The position numbers were made by a program, and so were the translations under genes. This document shows, piece by piece, positions 1 to 9,560 of a stretch of DNA of 35,762 bases (the stretch's first letter is position 1; the number at the start of each line of letters is the position of its first letter). Under the pieces are notes generated by a model. It worked only from the letters and a program-made list of their open reading frames with translations, made no database searches and was not told the origin of the DNA. The stretch is from a bacterium. GTDB lineage: Bacteria; Sysuimicrobiota; Sysuimicrobiia; Sysuimicrobiales; Kaftiobacteriaceae. The DNA is taken from the NCBI GenBank assembly GCA_044868695.1, contig JBIOWP010000087.1, forward strand, positions 1 through 35,762, read 5' to 3'.

Positions 1-587
<587 letters not shown>

Positions 588-717
588 CCGCTTTAGGGGT
601 AGCTGTGTAGGGCCTGCAGACGGCGAAGATTGATGTCGAAGGACCCAAGGTCAAGGTCGACGGCCGAGGCCCTAGGGGTTTGTGCCGAAGCCCCCTTGAC
701 CTTCGACATCATAGGAG

Positions 718-835
718 TCCCGGCGGCTATGCCGGAGGGGCCACACCCGTTCCCATTTCGAACACGGAAGTTAAGCCCTCCAGGGCCGATGGTACTGCAC
801 TGGTAACGGTGTGGGAGAGTAGGTCGCTGCCGGGG
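718..835 (+). rRNA. rrf: 5S rRNA
   Basis: 118 nt; contains CACCCGTTCCCATTTCGAACACGGAAGTTAAG, GCCGATGGTACT and GGGAGAGTAGGTCG; terminal helix CCCGGCGGC/GCTGCCGGG. Confidence 0.97.
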
Positions 836-842
836 TAAACGC

Positions 843-880
843 AAGCGGGGAAGCACACTGTGCTTCCCCGCTTTTCTTTT
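843..880 (+). terminator. Rho-independent terminator of the rRNA operon (possibly bidirectional)
   Basis: 14-bp perfect stem AAGCGGGGAAGCAC/GTGCTTCCCCGCTT followed by a T-rich run; the convergent gene ends at 882. Confidence 0.9.
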
Positions 881-881
881 C

Positions 882-1784
882 TCAGGCATCTCCCGCAAGA
901 CTGTGGAGTCTGCGGGCGATGGCCTCGATGCGGTCGCGTTGTTCCAACCGCGCAAGCAACTCCGCCGGCAGCGCGCGGGCGCCGTGGCGCGCGCCGAAGA
1001 TGCCGCCCGCCATCGCCCCGATCGTATCCGTATCGCCCCCGAGATCGACGACATAGTCGATCATCGCCCCAAAGTCGTCCGGGAAGCGGCAGAAGGCATA
1101 GACCGCCGTCACGGCCGATTCATGGGCCGCGATCCCATTGCCCAGCTCGGTCCGCACCTGCGCCGCCGCAGCTTCGCCGGCCAGCAGTGCCTTGGCACGG
1201 GTCAATCGCCCCCGATACTCCTCCTGCGTGCACGCTTCCCGCAGCGCGTCCAGTTGCACATCGCCCTGCAGCGCCATTGCCACCGCGGATGCGATCAGCA
1301 CCGCCCCTTCGATGCCGAGCGGGTGCGCGTGGGTAATGGCGCTGGCCTGCGCCGTCATGGCGCGGAGCCGGTTCTGGTCGCGATGGTATAGGAGTCCGAG
1401 CGGGGCGGCCCGCATGGCCGCACCGTTCCCGTAGGACCCCTCACGAAACACACTCCGGTTGGCCTTCCGCCAGTCGACGCCTGCTTTCACCAGCCCAAGC
1501 AGCATGGTCGTACCCGGCCCGTAGCCGCGCATCACCTCCATCCCGTCCGCCCAGCGCTTCGCGAGGCGATCCGGATCCACTCCCCCGTGTTCGACCAGCG
1601 ATTCCGCCAGGCCCACGGCCATCTGCGTGTCGTCGGTCCACCGCAGCAGCCCCCCGGCCTCGCCGCCGGCGGCTCTCCAGATGAGCCCTCCAATGAGGCC
1701 GCCTTCGGCTTTCGCGCCCAGGGCATCCGCCAGTGCCAGCCCCAGCATCGATCCCACAAATTGTTCTTCGAGCACGGAAAACAT
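882..1784 (-). CDS. ADP-ribosylglycohydrolase family protein (DraG/ARH-like)
   Basis: Motifs GLALADALG, WTDDTQM, GNGAAMRAAP, THAHP and GGDTDTIGAMAG. The true start may be GTG at 1775. Confidence 0.92.
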   Translation of the reverse strand: MFSVLEEQFVGSMLGLALADALGAKAEGGLIGGLIWRAAGGEAGGLLRWTDDTQMAVGLAESLVEHGGVDPDRLAKRWADGMEVMRGYGPGTTMLLGLVKAGVDWRKANRSVFREGSYGNGAAMRAAPLGLLYHRDQNRLRAMTAQASAITHAHPLGIEGAVLIASAVAMALQGDVQLDALREACTQEEYRGRLTRAKALLAGEAAAAQVRTELGNGIAAHESAVTAVYAFCRFPDDFGAMIDYVVDLGGDTDTIGAMAGGIFGARHGARALPAELLARLEQRDRIEAIARRLHSLAGDA

Positions 1785-1853
1785 TGTACTATCACAAAGG
1801 AGCGCTGCGCAGGGACACCTGGATCACGAAACCGCGGAATCATGGAGGACACG

Positions 1854-2312
1854 ATGGAGATGCGGCGTGTTGCCCTGTACGGCCTCACCGCGACTGCAAC
1901 CCGAGTCCTGCGGTGCATCGAGGATGTCTCTAACGACGAGGCCCGCCGGACGCCCAACGATCTCAGCCCCCTCATCTGGCAGCTCGGGCACCTGGCGCAG
2001 TCCGATGGAGGCTTTCTGCAGCGCGGGGGAATGGTGTCGCCGGCGCCGGCATCATTCAGCGCGTTGTTCAAGACCGGGAGCGGCGGCCCGGCGGCCTACC
2101 CGTCGCTCGTCGACGTGAAGGCGACCTTCGAGGCCGCGCAACGGGAGTTGGAAAAACTCGCCGGGACCGCCGACCTGACCCAGCGCGTTGACGCGCGCAA
2201 CTATGCCACGCTGGGCGAGATGCTGGTCTTCGCTGCGTACCACCGCGGGTACCACGTCGGGAAGATGACGACGCTGCGGGCGCTGTTGGGCAAACCCCGT
2301 CTGTTTGGCTAG
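1854..2312 (+). CDS. DinB/YfiT family protein
   Basis: GGAGG at 1844-1848 before ATG 1854; WQLGHLA and HRGYHVG His motifs; about 150 aa. Confidence 0.8.
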   Translation: MEMRRVALYGLTATATRVLRCIEDVSNDEARRTPNDLSPLIWQLGHLAQSDGGFLQRGGMVSPAPASFSALFKTGSGGPAAYPSLVDVKATFEAAQRELEKLAGTADLTQRVDARNYATLGEMLVFAAYHRGYHVGKMTTLRALLGKPRLFG

Positions 2313-2333
2313 GCCACCCCGGGAGGGCCGACG

Positions 2334-3086
2334 ATGGCATGGCTGTTCACCCCAGAGGGCTGGATCGCCCTCTTGACGCTCACGGCGCTGGAGATCGTAC
2401 TTGGCATCGACAACGTCGTCTTTCTCTCGATTCTGGCCGGGAAGCTGCCGCCCGAACAGCAGCCGCGCGCCCGCCGGGTCGGGCTCGGTCTGGCCATGCT
2501 CATGCGGATCGCGCTGCTGGCCTCGCTGGCCTGGGTCATCCGTCTCACGTCCCCCCTCCTCGCCATCTTCGGCCGGCCACTGTCCGGCCGGGATCTCATC
2601 CTGATCCTGGGGGGCCTGTTCCTCATCGCGAAGAGCACTCGCGAGATCCACGAGCGTCTGGAGGGCGAGACCGGTCAGCTCGCCGCCCGCGTCCGGCCGG
2701 CATTTGGCGCGGTCATCCTGCAGATCGTGCTACTGGATATCGTGTTCTCCCTGGATTCTGTCATCACGGCGGTCGGGATGGCACGCGACCTCGGCGTCAT
2801 GATTGCCGCGGTCGTCATCGCCGTCGCGGTGATGATGGGATCCGCCGCCCAGATCAGCGCCTTCGTCAACCGCCATCCCACCGTGAAGATGCTGGCGCTG
2901 AGCTTCCTCCTGCTCATCGGTCTGTCGCTGCTGGCCGACGGGTTCGGCCAGCACATCAGCAAGGGATATGTCTACTTCGCGATGGGGTTCTCCGTTTTTG
3001 TCGAGATGCTGAACCTGCGGATGCGCGGCGCCCGGGGCATGCCGGTGCACCTGCATGACCCTTACGCGTCCGCGCCGGAGTTGTAG
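2334..3086 (+). CDS. TerC family integral membrane protein
   Basis: LEIVLGIDNVVF, DIVFSLDSVITAVG and KGYVYFAMGFS motifs; GGAGG RBS. Confidence 0.93.
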   Translation: MAWLFTPEGWIALLTLTALEIVLGIDNVVFLSILAGKLPPEQQPRARRVGLGLAMLMRIALLASLAWVIRLTSPLLAIFGRPLSGRDLILILGGLFLIAKSTREIHERLEGETGQLAARVRPAFGAVILQIVLLDIVFSLDSVITAVGMARDLGVMIAAVVIAVAVMMGSAAQISAFVNRHPTVKMLALSFLLLIGLSLLADGFGQHISKGYVYFAMGFSVFVEMLNLRMRGARGMPVHLHDPYASAPEL

Positions 3087-3111
3087 CGAACAGGCCGCAG
3101 CGGCCGGCGGA

Positions 3112-3954
3112 TCAGCTTGCGGTGGGGTTGAGCGGGCGCTGGACGATGACCTGGAGCCAGTTCCGGGGGACGACCGAGAGGTTGAGTTCCGCAAACGCCT
3201 GATCGGCTCCCAGGCGCAGCGCCTCGGCCCCCAGGTCCAGGGGGATCCCAGGCAGGGCGCCTTCGATAAACAGCGAGAACGATCCGATGTCTTGCAGGCT
3301 CTCTTTGCTGAGCGGCTTCTCGTGCAGGGAGATGACCGGATCGGCAAATCCGACCGATCGCAGCAGGTCCCGGTACTGCTCGATTGTGAGCCACTGCATC
3401 GCCGTGGCCTTGGCCCCCCGGGTGACGGAATGGCCCTGCTCGGCAAGCCACCGCATGGCCCGCAGAACCCACAGTTTGTAGTACCGGGCGGTGCCATCGG
3501 CATATGCGCCGTGGAAGAATGTGGTGTTGAACGCCAGAACACCGCCGGGGCGCAGTGACCGGAAGATCTGGTCGAAGACGGCTGCCTTGTCGGCGATCAA
3601 GTGGATGGCGTTGGCAAACACGACGCGGTCGACTTGGGGGACCAGCATGGCCAGTCGCTCCGCCGTGCCTTCGATGAAGTGGACGATGCGTGACCGGATC
3701 CGCTGGCGGGCGCGCTCCAGCGCCGTTGCCGACGGATCGACGGCGTAGATGCACGCCCCGGGGAGCCTCTCGTCCAGTTCGCTCAGGATCAGTTCGGTGA
3801 CGGCGCCGGGCCCGCAGGCCAGATCGACGACAGAAGAGTCGGCGTGAATGTCGGTGTGGGACACCAGCCAGGCATTGACCTGGCGAAAGAACGGGTGGCG
3901 GGCAAACCGCTCGAAGGAGAAGCGCTCACTTTCCTGGGCTACCGACTCCTCCAT
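3112..3954 (-). CDS. Class I SAM-dependent methyltransferase
   Basis: VVDLACGPG motif I, AVDPS motif II, and LRPGG; AGAGGAG RBS before ATG 3954 (the ORF-track start at 4152 is overextended). Confidence 0.88.
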   Translation of the reverse strand: MEESVAQESERFSFERFARHPFFRQVNAWLVSHTDIHADSSVVDLACGPGAVTELILSELDERLPGACIYAVDPSATALERARQRIRSRIVHFIEGTAERLAMLVPQVDRVVFANAIHLIADKAAVFDQIFRSLRPGGVLAFNTTFFHGAYADGTARYYKLWVLRAMRWLAEQGHSVTRGAKATAMQWLTIEQYRDLLRSVGFADPVISLHEKPLSKESLQDIGSFSLFIEGALPGIPLDLGAEALRLGADQAFAELNLSVVPRNWLQVIVQRPLNPTAS

Positions 3955-4109
3955 TGGTCTCCTCTCCCGCCCGGCCGCGGCCAGAAGGAGTAGACTTTCC
4001 TTCTGCCCGGACGGCGGGTCTCCTGCCGAGATTGGCTCACTTGGGTCATTGCGTCTGGGGGCGGATTTCATTATGGTAGGGCCGCCATCACGCAGAGAGG
4101 AGCGGTCCA

Positions 4110-4514
4110 ATGTCGCAGACGGCATCAGATGACCGGGTCGAAGCCGAGGCACCGGCGCGCGCGGGCGGCCGAGGCATCAACCAGATCGCGCTGGTCGGGA
4201 GGCTGGCCAGGGATCCCGAACTAAAGACGACGGGGGAGGGGGTGGCGCGCGCCTGGTTCGTCCTGGCGGTCCCCCGGGGCCACGCCGGCACCGACGGGGA
4301 TCAGGAAGCGGATTTCGTGAACATCGTGGCCTGGCGTCAGCTGGCCTCCACCGTGGCGGAACATCTCAGGAAGGGACGGCTGGTCGGCGTGACGGGGCGC
4401 CTGCGCATCAGCACCTTCGATGGCCAGGACGGGGCGCGCCGGACCACGACAGAGGTGGTTGCCGATCAGGTCGTGTTTCTTGACGCGCCGCGCAAGGCCG
4501 CAGCCGGAAGCTGA
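4110..4514 (+). CDS. ssb: Single-stranded DNA-binding protein, short form lacking the acidic C-terminal tail
   Basis: INQIALVGRLARDPELK, ADFVNIVAW, KGRLVGVTGRL and TEVVADQVVFLD; GAGGAG RBS. Confidence 0.92.
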   Translation: MSQTASDDRVEAEAPARAGGRGINQIALVGRLARDPELKTTGEGVARAWFVLAVPRGHAGTDGDQEADFVNIVAWRQLASTVAEHLRKGRLVGVTGRLRISTFDGQDGARRTTTEVVADQVVFLDAPRKAAAGS

Positions 4515-4543
4515 TCTCAGCACCCGTCCTGCGTCCGTCAGAG

Positions 4544-5176
4544 CTACGCGGACCCCACGGGAGTCCGCTGTAGCTGCCGGTACACGTGCGCGGTGGCCAC
4601 GAGCGTCGCCGGGACCGTCCACAGCAGACCCACGACGAGCGCCAGCGCGCCGAGGATGTTGATCCCGACCAGGAACAGGCTGAAGACAAACAGGTCCAGT
4701 CTCGCGCCCTGCGTCAGCGCCGCACCCTGCCGCAGCGCCTCAACGGGCCGCAGTCCTTTATCGACGATGAGGAGCCCGGTAAACAGGTACTTGAAGCTCC
4801 ACATGATGCCGGGCACGACGAGAAGGATAAACCCAGCTGCCACGATCAGGCCGTACAGGATCTGCCCGAACAGGTACCGGAAGAACAGGTGGGCGTCGGC
4901 GAACAGCGCCGCGATGCCCGCCTGCCCGCCGTCCGCGAACGTCAGGCTGACTCGGGTCAGCCCAATACTCGTAATCACCGACACGACAGAGAGCGCCAGG
5001 ACCAGCAGCGCGGAGAGGAAGCCGCCATCATTTCCCATCTGCTGCTGCACGACCTGCGGTGCGGCGGAGATGAGTCCCGCGACGACGAGGATTCCGGCAA
5101 ACGATCCCACATAGCGTTTGGCCGTCGTCCAGCCGAACCGAAGTGCCTGATCCCGCGAGAATCTCGCCATGGCCAT
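4544..5176 (-). CDS. Multi-pass membrane protein of unknown function (DUF975-like)
   Basis: Several hydrophobic segments; GFILLVVPGI and ALRQGAALTQG patterns typical of this membrane family. Confidence 0.72.
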   Translation of the reverse strand: MAMARFSRDQALRFGWTTAKRYVGSFAGILVVAGLISAAPQVVQQQMGNDGGFLSALLVLALSVVSVITSIGLTRVSLTFADGGQAGIAALFADAHLFFRYLFGQILYGLIVAAGFILLVVPGIMWSFKYLFTGLLIVDKGLRPVEALRQGAALTQGARLDLFVFSLFLVGINILGALALVVGLLWTVPATLVATAHVYRQLQRTPVGSA

Positions 5177-5269
5177 CCCTACTCTCTGTCGTTTTCGCGA
5201 CCGTTCGTGCAGGACCGTGGGATTCCTCTACGCGGGAAACGGCCACCTACCGGCGAAGACGACTGCACG

Positions 5270-6025
5270 ATGCCGATCGAGCGCGCCACAGGCACGGCAT
5301 CCGGCGTGCTGCTGCTGCACGGGTTCTCCGGCTCGCCGCTGGAGATGACCCCCCTGGCCGACGCGCTGGCAGGGGCCGGCTGGACCGTGTCCGCGGCCCG
5401 GCTGGCCGGCCACGGCACATCCCCCGACGACCTGGCCCGCGTGACGTGGCAGGAGTGGGCTGCCTCCGCACAGGAGGCCTACGACAACCTGCGCGCGACC
5501 TGCCGCCGGGTCGCGCTCGTCGGCCTATCGATGGGCGGGGCCCTGGCGCTGTATCTCGCCGCCGCTGATCCGCCCGCCGCGGTCGTCACGATTTCCGCAC
5601 CGGTCCGCGTGCGGCGGTTGATGGCGTCGGCGACACGGTTGGCGTCCAAAGTGATGCCTGTCGTGCCGGTCCTGGTCCGCCTGACCCCCCGTGACCCGGA
5701 GGTCCGGGCGTACCGGTCGCCATACTCGAAAATCCCCCTGGTCGCCGCAGGGCAACTGGAACTCCTGCTCGCGGAAACGCGGCGTGTGCTTCCCCAACTG
5801 CGGGTGCCGGTCCTGGTCGTGCAGGGGCGAAAGGACTGGGTGATTCCCCGGGACAGCGCACAGGAGATCCTGCGCCTCGCCTCGGGCGCACCGGCGACGA
5901 TGCTGTGGCTTCACCGTTCCGGCCACGTGGCGACGCTGGATCGAGATCGTGCCGTTCTAGCCGACGCGGTGACGCAGTTTCTTCGTGTCCACCTGACCGG
6001 GGGTGATGCGCGTGGAGCGAGCTGA
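5270..6025 (+). CDS. Alpha/beta hydrolase (carboxylesterase / monoacylglycerol lipase-like)
   Basis: LLLHGFSGSP, GHGT, nucleophile GLSMGG, QGRKD (Asp) and SGH (His); start trimmed to ATG 5270. Confidence 0.9.
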   Translation: MPIERATGTASGVLLLHGFSGSPLEMTPLADALAGAGWTVSAARLAGHGTSPDDLARVTWQEWAASAQEAYDNLRATCRRVALVGLSMGGALALYLAAADPPAAVVTISAPVRVRRLMASATRLASKVMPVVPVLVRLTPRDPEVRAYRSPYSKIPLVAAGQLELLLAETRRVLPQLRVPVLVVQGRKDWVIPRDSAQEILRLASGAPATMLWLHRSGHVATLDRDRAVLADAVTQFLRVHLTGGDARGAS

Positions 6026-6599
6026 GCACAGCGTAGAGCAGCAGATCGAGCGGAGCAAGGTGGTCGTCCGGTGGATCATTGCCGCGACGCTGCTCGCCGG
6101 CGTCACCTATCTCAAGCGGCAGGACGCGATTCCAATCGCGTGGTCGGTCGTCATCTTCCTGACGGCGGCCGTCGCCGTCTTGAACCTCGTTTACTGGGCC
6201 ATCCTCCGCACGTCGGCGCCGCGCTGGCTGAAGTACGTGACTACTGGGACGGATCTGGTCCTGATCTCATTGCTCGTGGCCTACACGGGCGGCGGCGCGA
6301 GCGTGTTCTACGTCGCCTACTTCGTCGTCCTGGTCAGCAACAGTATCCGGTACGGTCTGGGCATGGCGCTCTATGTCGCAACGGTGTACAACGCCGCGTA
6401 TGTCGCGGTGCTGGTCGTCCGGCCGACGGCCAGTGACCTGACCGTGGAAGCCGTGAAGATCCTCTCATTCTGGGGGGTCGCGCTGTACGCCGGCTACCTG
6501 GCGATGCGGTTTCAGCGCCAGACCCGCGTCCTGGAGTCCTACGAGGAGACGATCGCACGACTGCGGGCGCAGCTCACCGGACCGAGGCCGGGTCCATGA
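6006..6599 (+). CDS. Membrane protein resembling the N-terminal sensor domain of histidine kinases, with no catalytic domain
   Basis: About 5-6 TM segments; DLVLISLLVAYTGG..SVFY..YF...VS..RYG pattern; short C-terminal coiled segment. Confidence 0.78.
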   Translation: MRVERAEHSVEQQIERSKVVVRWIIAATLLAGVTYLKRQDAIPIAWSVVIFLTAAVAVLNLVYWAILRTSAPRWLKYVTTGTDLVLISLLVAYTGGGASVFYVAYFVVLVSNSIRYGLGMALYVATVYNAAYVAVLVVRPTASDLTVEAVKILSFWGVALYAGYLAMRFQRQTRVLESYEETIARLRAQLTGPRPGP

Positions 6600-6808
6600 C
6601 CATCGAGAGGTCCGGTCGTCCTCGCTCGACGGTCACGCGGCGCACGGTGTCATGGACCAGCATCGCCGGCCTCATCATGCTGGGCGCGCTGGTGGGGATC
6701 GCCTGGCGCGCGACCAACGTGGTCTGGTTTCTGCTGTTCCCGCTGCTCGTCATCGGGATCCTGGCGGGGACCGCGCTGGCGGTGCTGTGGGCCTTCAGGC
6801 ACTTCTAG
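6596..6808 (+). CDS. Small two-TM membrane protein
   Basis: ATGA overlap with the upstream stop; two hydrophobic helices. Confidence 0.62.
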   Translation: MTIERSGRPRSTVTRRTVSWTSIAGLIMLGALVGIAWRATNVVWFLLFPLLVIGILAGTALAVLWAFRHF

Positions 6809-7553
6809 CAAACGCTTCCACTTCGGCTGCCGACGTCAGGTCGTTCAGCCCGCTTTCCAGTTGCTTGGACAGCGCCTCAAGCTGGGCATCCTCGATGTCA
6901 TCGGGCACGTCGATCGCCTCGCCGATCACCAGCGCGGCCTTGGTAAAGGGGCGGGGCACCTCGAACCGGTCCCAGGAGTCCAGCGCCAGCGCATCGCGGA
7001 TCGCCGCGGCGACCGGCAAGAGCAGGACGCCGGTCTTCTTCGCCATATAGGTCGCTCCGGGCTTGGCCCGGAACATCGGCCCGCCGGGACCGTCGGCGGC
7101 GATCAGCCCTCCGCGGCCGCGTTCCAGAAACTGCAGGAACCGGATCACCCCGCGTGACTCGCTGGCAAATTGCGACGCATCCAGCACGCGGTAGCCGAGG
7201 TGCTGCAGCGAGGCCAGGGTGATCCGGCGCGCGGTGCGGGACAGCAGCGGTGCCCTGCCGTTCCGTGACTGGCTGGAGTAGATGACCAGCGGGTACCCCT
7301 GAAAGAAGAAGATCGGCAGCAGGCCGCGCCCGTGCCACACGACGACGAGGAACGGCCGCTGCTGACGCAGCACCGCGGCCACGTGCTCGTGGCCGAACAC
7401 CCGGAGATCCAGGGTACTGTCCACCACCCGGAACAGGGCGACGGCGACCAGGGCGAACAGCCAGATCGCGGCATCGGCGAGCCGCGCAGCGACCGACGCA
7501 CCTAGCGGCGGCAGCCCGGCCGCCGGACCGCTCGGCTTGGCCACCGTGGTCAT
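6795..7553 (-). CDS. DUF374 / lysophospholipid acyltransferase superfamily protein
   Basis: VWHGR, AADGPGGP, AKPGA and SWDRFEVPRPF motifs. Confidence 0.85.
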   Translation of the reverse strand: MTTVAKPSGPAAGLPPLGASVAARLADAAIWLFALVAVALFRVVDSTLDLRVFGHEHVAAVLRQQRPFLVVVWHGRGLLPIFFFQGYPLVIYSSQSRNGRAPLLSRTARRITLASLQHLGYRVLDASQFASESRGVIRFLQFLERGRGGLIAADGPGGPMFRAKPGATYMAKKTGVLLLPVAAAIRDALALDSWDRFEVPRPFTKAALVIGEAIDVPDDIEDAQLEALSKQLESGLNDLTSAAEVEAFARSA

Positions 7554-7574
7554 GATCCGCCCGCTGCCGGCCGC

Positions 7575-9383
7575 CTACTGCCTGCTGGCGACGGTCTCCG
7601 GTTCGTCCAGCCCATACTCGCCGCTGCGGTGTGCCTTCAGATACATCTGGTCAATGGTTGAACGGTAGCGTTCGGTGACGATCTTTCGCCGGACTTTGAG
7701 CGTCGGAGTGATCTCCCCGGCCTCCAGCGAGAACTCTCTCGGCAGCACCGCAAACCGGCGGATGCGCTCATACGGTGCCAGATCCGCGTTGGCGTCCTTG
7801 ACCGCGGCCGCCACGAGCGCCTCCGTCAGCTGGTGGGAGGCCTGTTGTTCGCGGGTCATCCCGCCCTGGCCACGTTCCCTGAAATAAGCGTCCAGATTCT
7901 CAAAGTTGGGAACGATGAGGGCGGTGATGTAGGGCAGGTTGTCGCCGATGCACACCGCCTGCGCCACATGCGCGCTGGCCCTGAGCCGCGCCTCGATCGG
8001 TTCCGGTGCGACCTTTTTGCCGCCGGCGGTCGCAATCAGGTTCTTCTTGCGGTCGGTAATGAAGAGGAACCCATCCTTGTCGAGATGGCCGATGTCCCCG
8101 GTGTGCAGCCAGCCGTTAGCGTCCACGGCGTCGCGGGTGGCCTCCGGCTTGTTCCAGTACCCCAGCATGATGTTGGGGCCCCGGGCCAGGATTTCTCCGT
8201 CGTCGGCAATCCGGATCTCCACTCCCGGGGCCGCCGGTCCCACCGAGCCCAGGCGGTTGGTCTCGAGCCGGTTGACCGCGATGACCGGCGAGCTCTCGGT
8301 CAATCCGTAGCCGTTGAGAATCGGCAGCCCAAGGATGTCGAAGAACTCGGCGATCTCCCGGGCCAGCGGCGCCCCGCCGGATACGGTGAACTTGAGCCGG
8401 CCGCCGAACCGCACCAGGACTTTGGAAAAGACCACCTTCTTGGCAATCGCGTATTGCAGCTGCGTGAGAATCCCCGGCCGCCGCCCCTGCCACACGGCTT
8501 CGCGCGCCCTTCGCCCCACCCGCAGCGCCCACGCGAATAGCCGCGCCTTCAGGCCGCCCTCATGCTGGACGCGGGAGACAATCCGCACGTAGGCCTTTTC
8601 GTACAACCCCGGAAACGATCCCATGATCGTCGGCTTGACATCCGTAATGTACTCGACGACCTTTTCCGGCGCGGGGACGTAGGCCATCTGGCAGCCGCAG
8701 TAGAGGAAGAGGTAGTCCAGGATGCGCTCGTAGACATGGCACAGCGGAAGAAACGAGATGACCTCATCCGTGGAAAAGATCGGATAGAGCGGCCGGAGTG
8801 CTTTCACCTGCGAGACGAAGTTGCGGTGACACAGCATGACGCCTTTGGGCTCTCCGGTCGTGCCGGAGGTGTAGATGATGCTGGCCAGCGTCGTGTCGAG
8901 CAGCGGCGGCGATGCGGGCGGCTGCGCCGGCAGCGGGAGCATCTCGAGTCCCGGCACCCCCTCGGCCAGACCCGGGTCCAGGCCGATGACGCGCACGCCG
9001 GGAATCCCGCCGGTGGCCTGCAGGGCGGTCCGGGCCCGTTCCTTGCCCGAGACCAGCAGGACCTTGGTGCCGCAGTCGGCCACGATGTACTGCACCTGAT
9101 TGGCCGGCAGCGTGGGGTAGAGCGGCACCATGACCGCGCCCAGCAGGTGGCACGCGAAGTCAACCGCGTGCCATTCGGGGCGGTTCTCGCTGAATAGCGC
9201 CACGCGATCGCCGGAGCCGACTCCTGCCTGCGCGAGGCGCGCTGCCGTCCGCCGCGTCTGCGAGGCGAACTCCCCCACCGTGAGTGTCCGCCATCCGCCC
9301 CCGGCGCGGGCCCGCATCAATACCCGGTTCCCGGGATTCGTACCAACCACATGCTCAAACAGATCACGCAAGGTTTCCACCAC
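7575..9383 (-). CDS. Long-chain fatty acid-CoA ligase (AMP-binding, FadD-like)
   Basis: IIYTSGTTGEPKGV, FLPLCHVYER, GYGLTESSP, GWLHTGDIG and TPTLKVRR; start GTG 9383 or 9380. Confidence 0.93.
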   Translation of the reverse strand: MVETLRDLFEHVVGTNPGNRVLMRARAGGGWRTLTVGEFASQTRRTAARLAQAGVGSGDRVALFSENRPEWHAVDFACHLLGAVMVPLYPTLPANQVQYIVADCGTKVLLVSGKERARTALQATGGIPGVRVIGLDPGLAEGVPGLEMLPLPAQPPASPPLLDTTLASIIYTSGTTGEPKGVMLCHRNFVSQVKALRPLYPIFSTDEVISFLPLCHVYERILDYLFLYCGCQMAYVPAPEKVVEYITDVKPTIMGSFPGLYEKAYVRIVSRVQHEGGLKARLFAWALRVGRRAREAVWQGRRPGILTQLQYAIAKKVVFSKVLVRFGGRLKFTVSGGAPLAREIAEFFDILGLPILNGYGLTESSPVIAVNRLETNRLGSVGPAAPGVEIRIADDGEILARGPNIMLGYWNKPEATRDAVDANGWLHTGDIGHLDKDGFLFITDRKKNLIATAGGKKVAPEPIEARLRASAHVAQAVCIGDNLPYITALIVPNFENLDAYFRERGQGGMTREQQASHQLTEALVAAAVKDANADLAPYERIRRFAVLPREFSLEAGEITPTLKVRRKIVTERYRSTIDQMYLKAHRSGEYGLDEPETVASRQ

Positions 9384-9560
9384 GCCCCACCCCCCTTGGT
9401 GTGGCAACAGCCCCCGACTCTTCGCGGCGGGAAACCGCCGGCCCTTCAGCCGGGCCGCGCCCGCACGTTCAGCATAGGGATCCGGCGGGGAGCTGCCATC
9501 GGACAGGAGTCCTGACCTCCACGCCGCTGCGTCCCGGTTGTTCGGGACGGACCCCTGTGG

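Noticed and set aside
590..717. Possible tRNA in the 23S-5S spacer
   Set aside because: The fold is branched, but there is no T-loop GTTCRA, no 7-nt anticodon loop and no acceptor/CCA geometry
1587..1853. N-terminal extension of the DinB ORF; likewise 4586-5269 (esterase), 3955-4152 (methyltransferase), 11272-11427 and 21488-21565
   Set aside because: These overlap opposite-strand or upstream genes; family homology and RBS or overlap signals point to later starts
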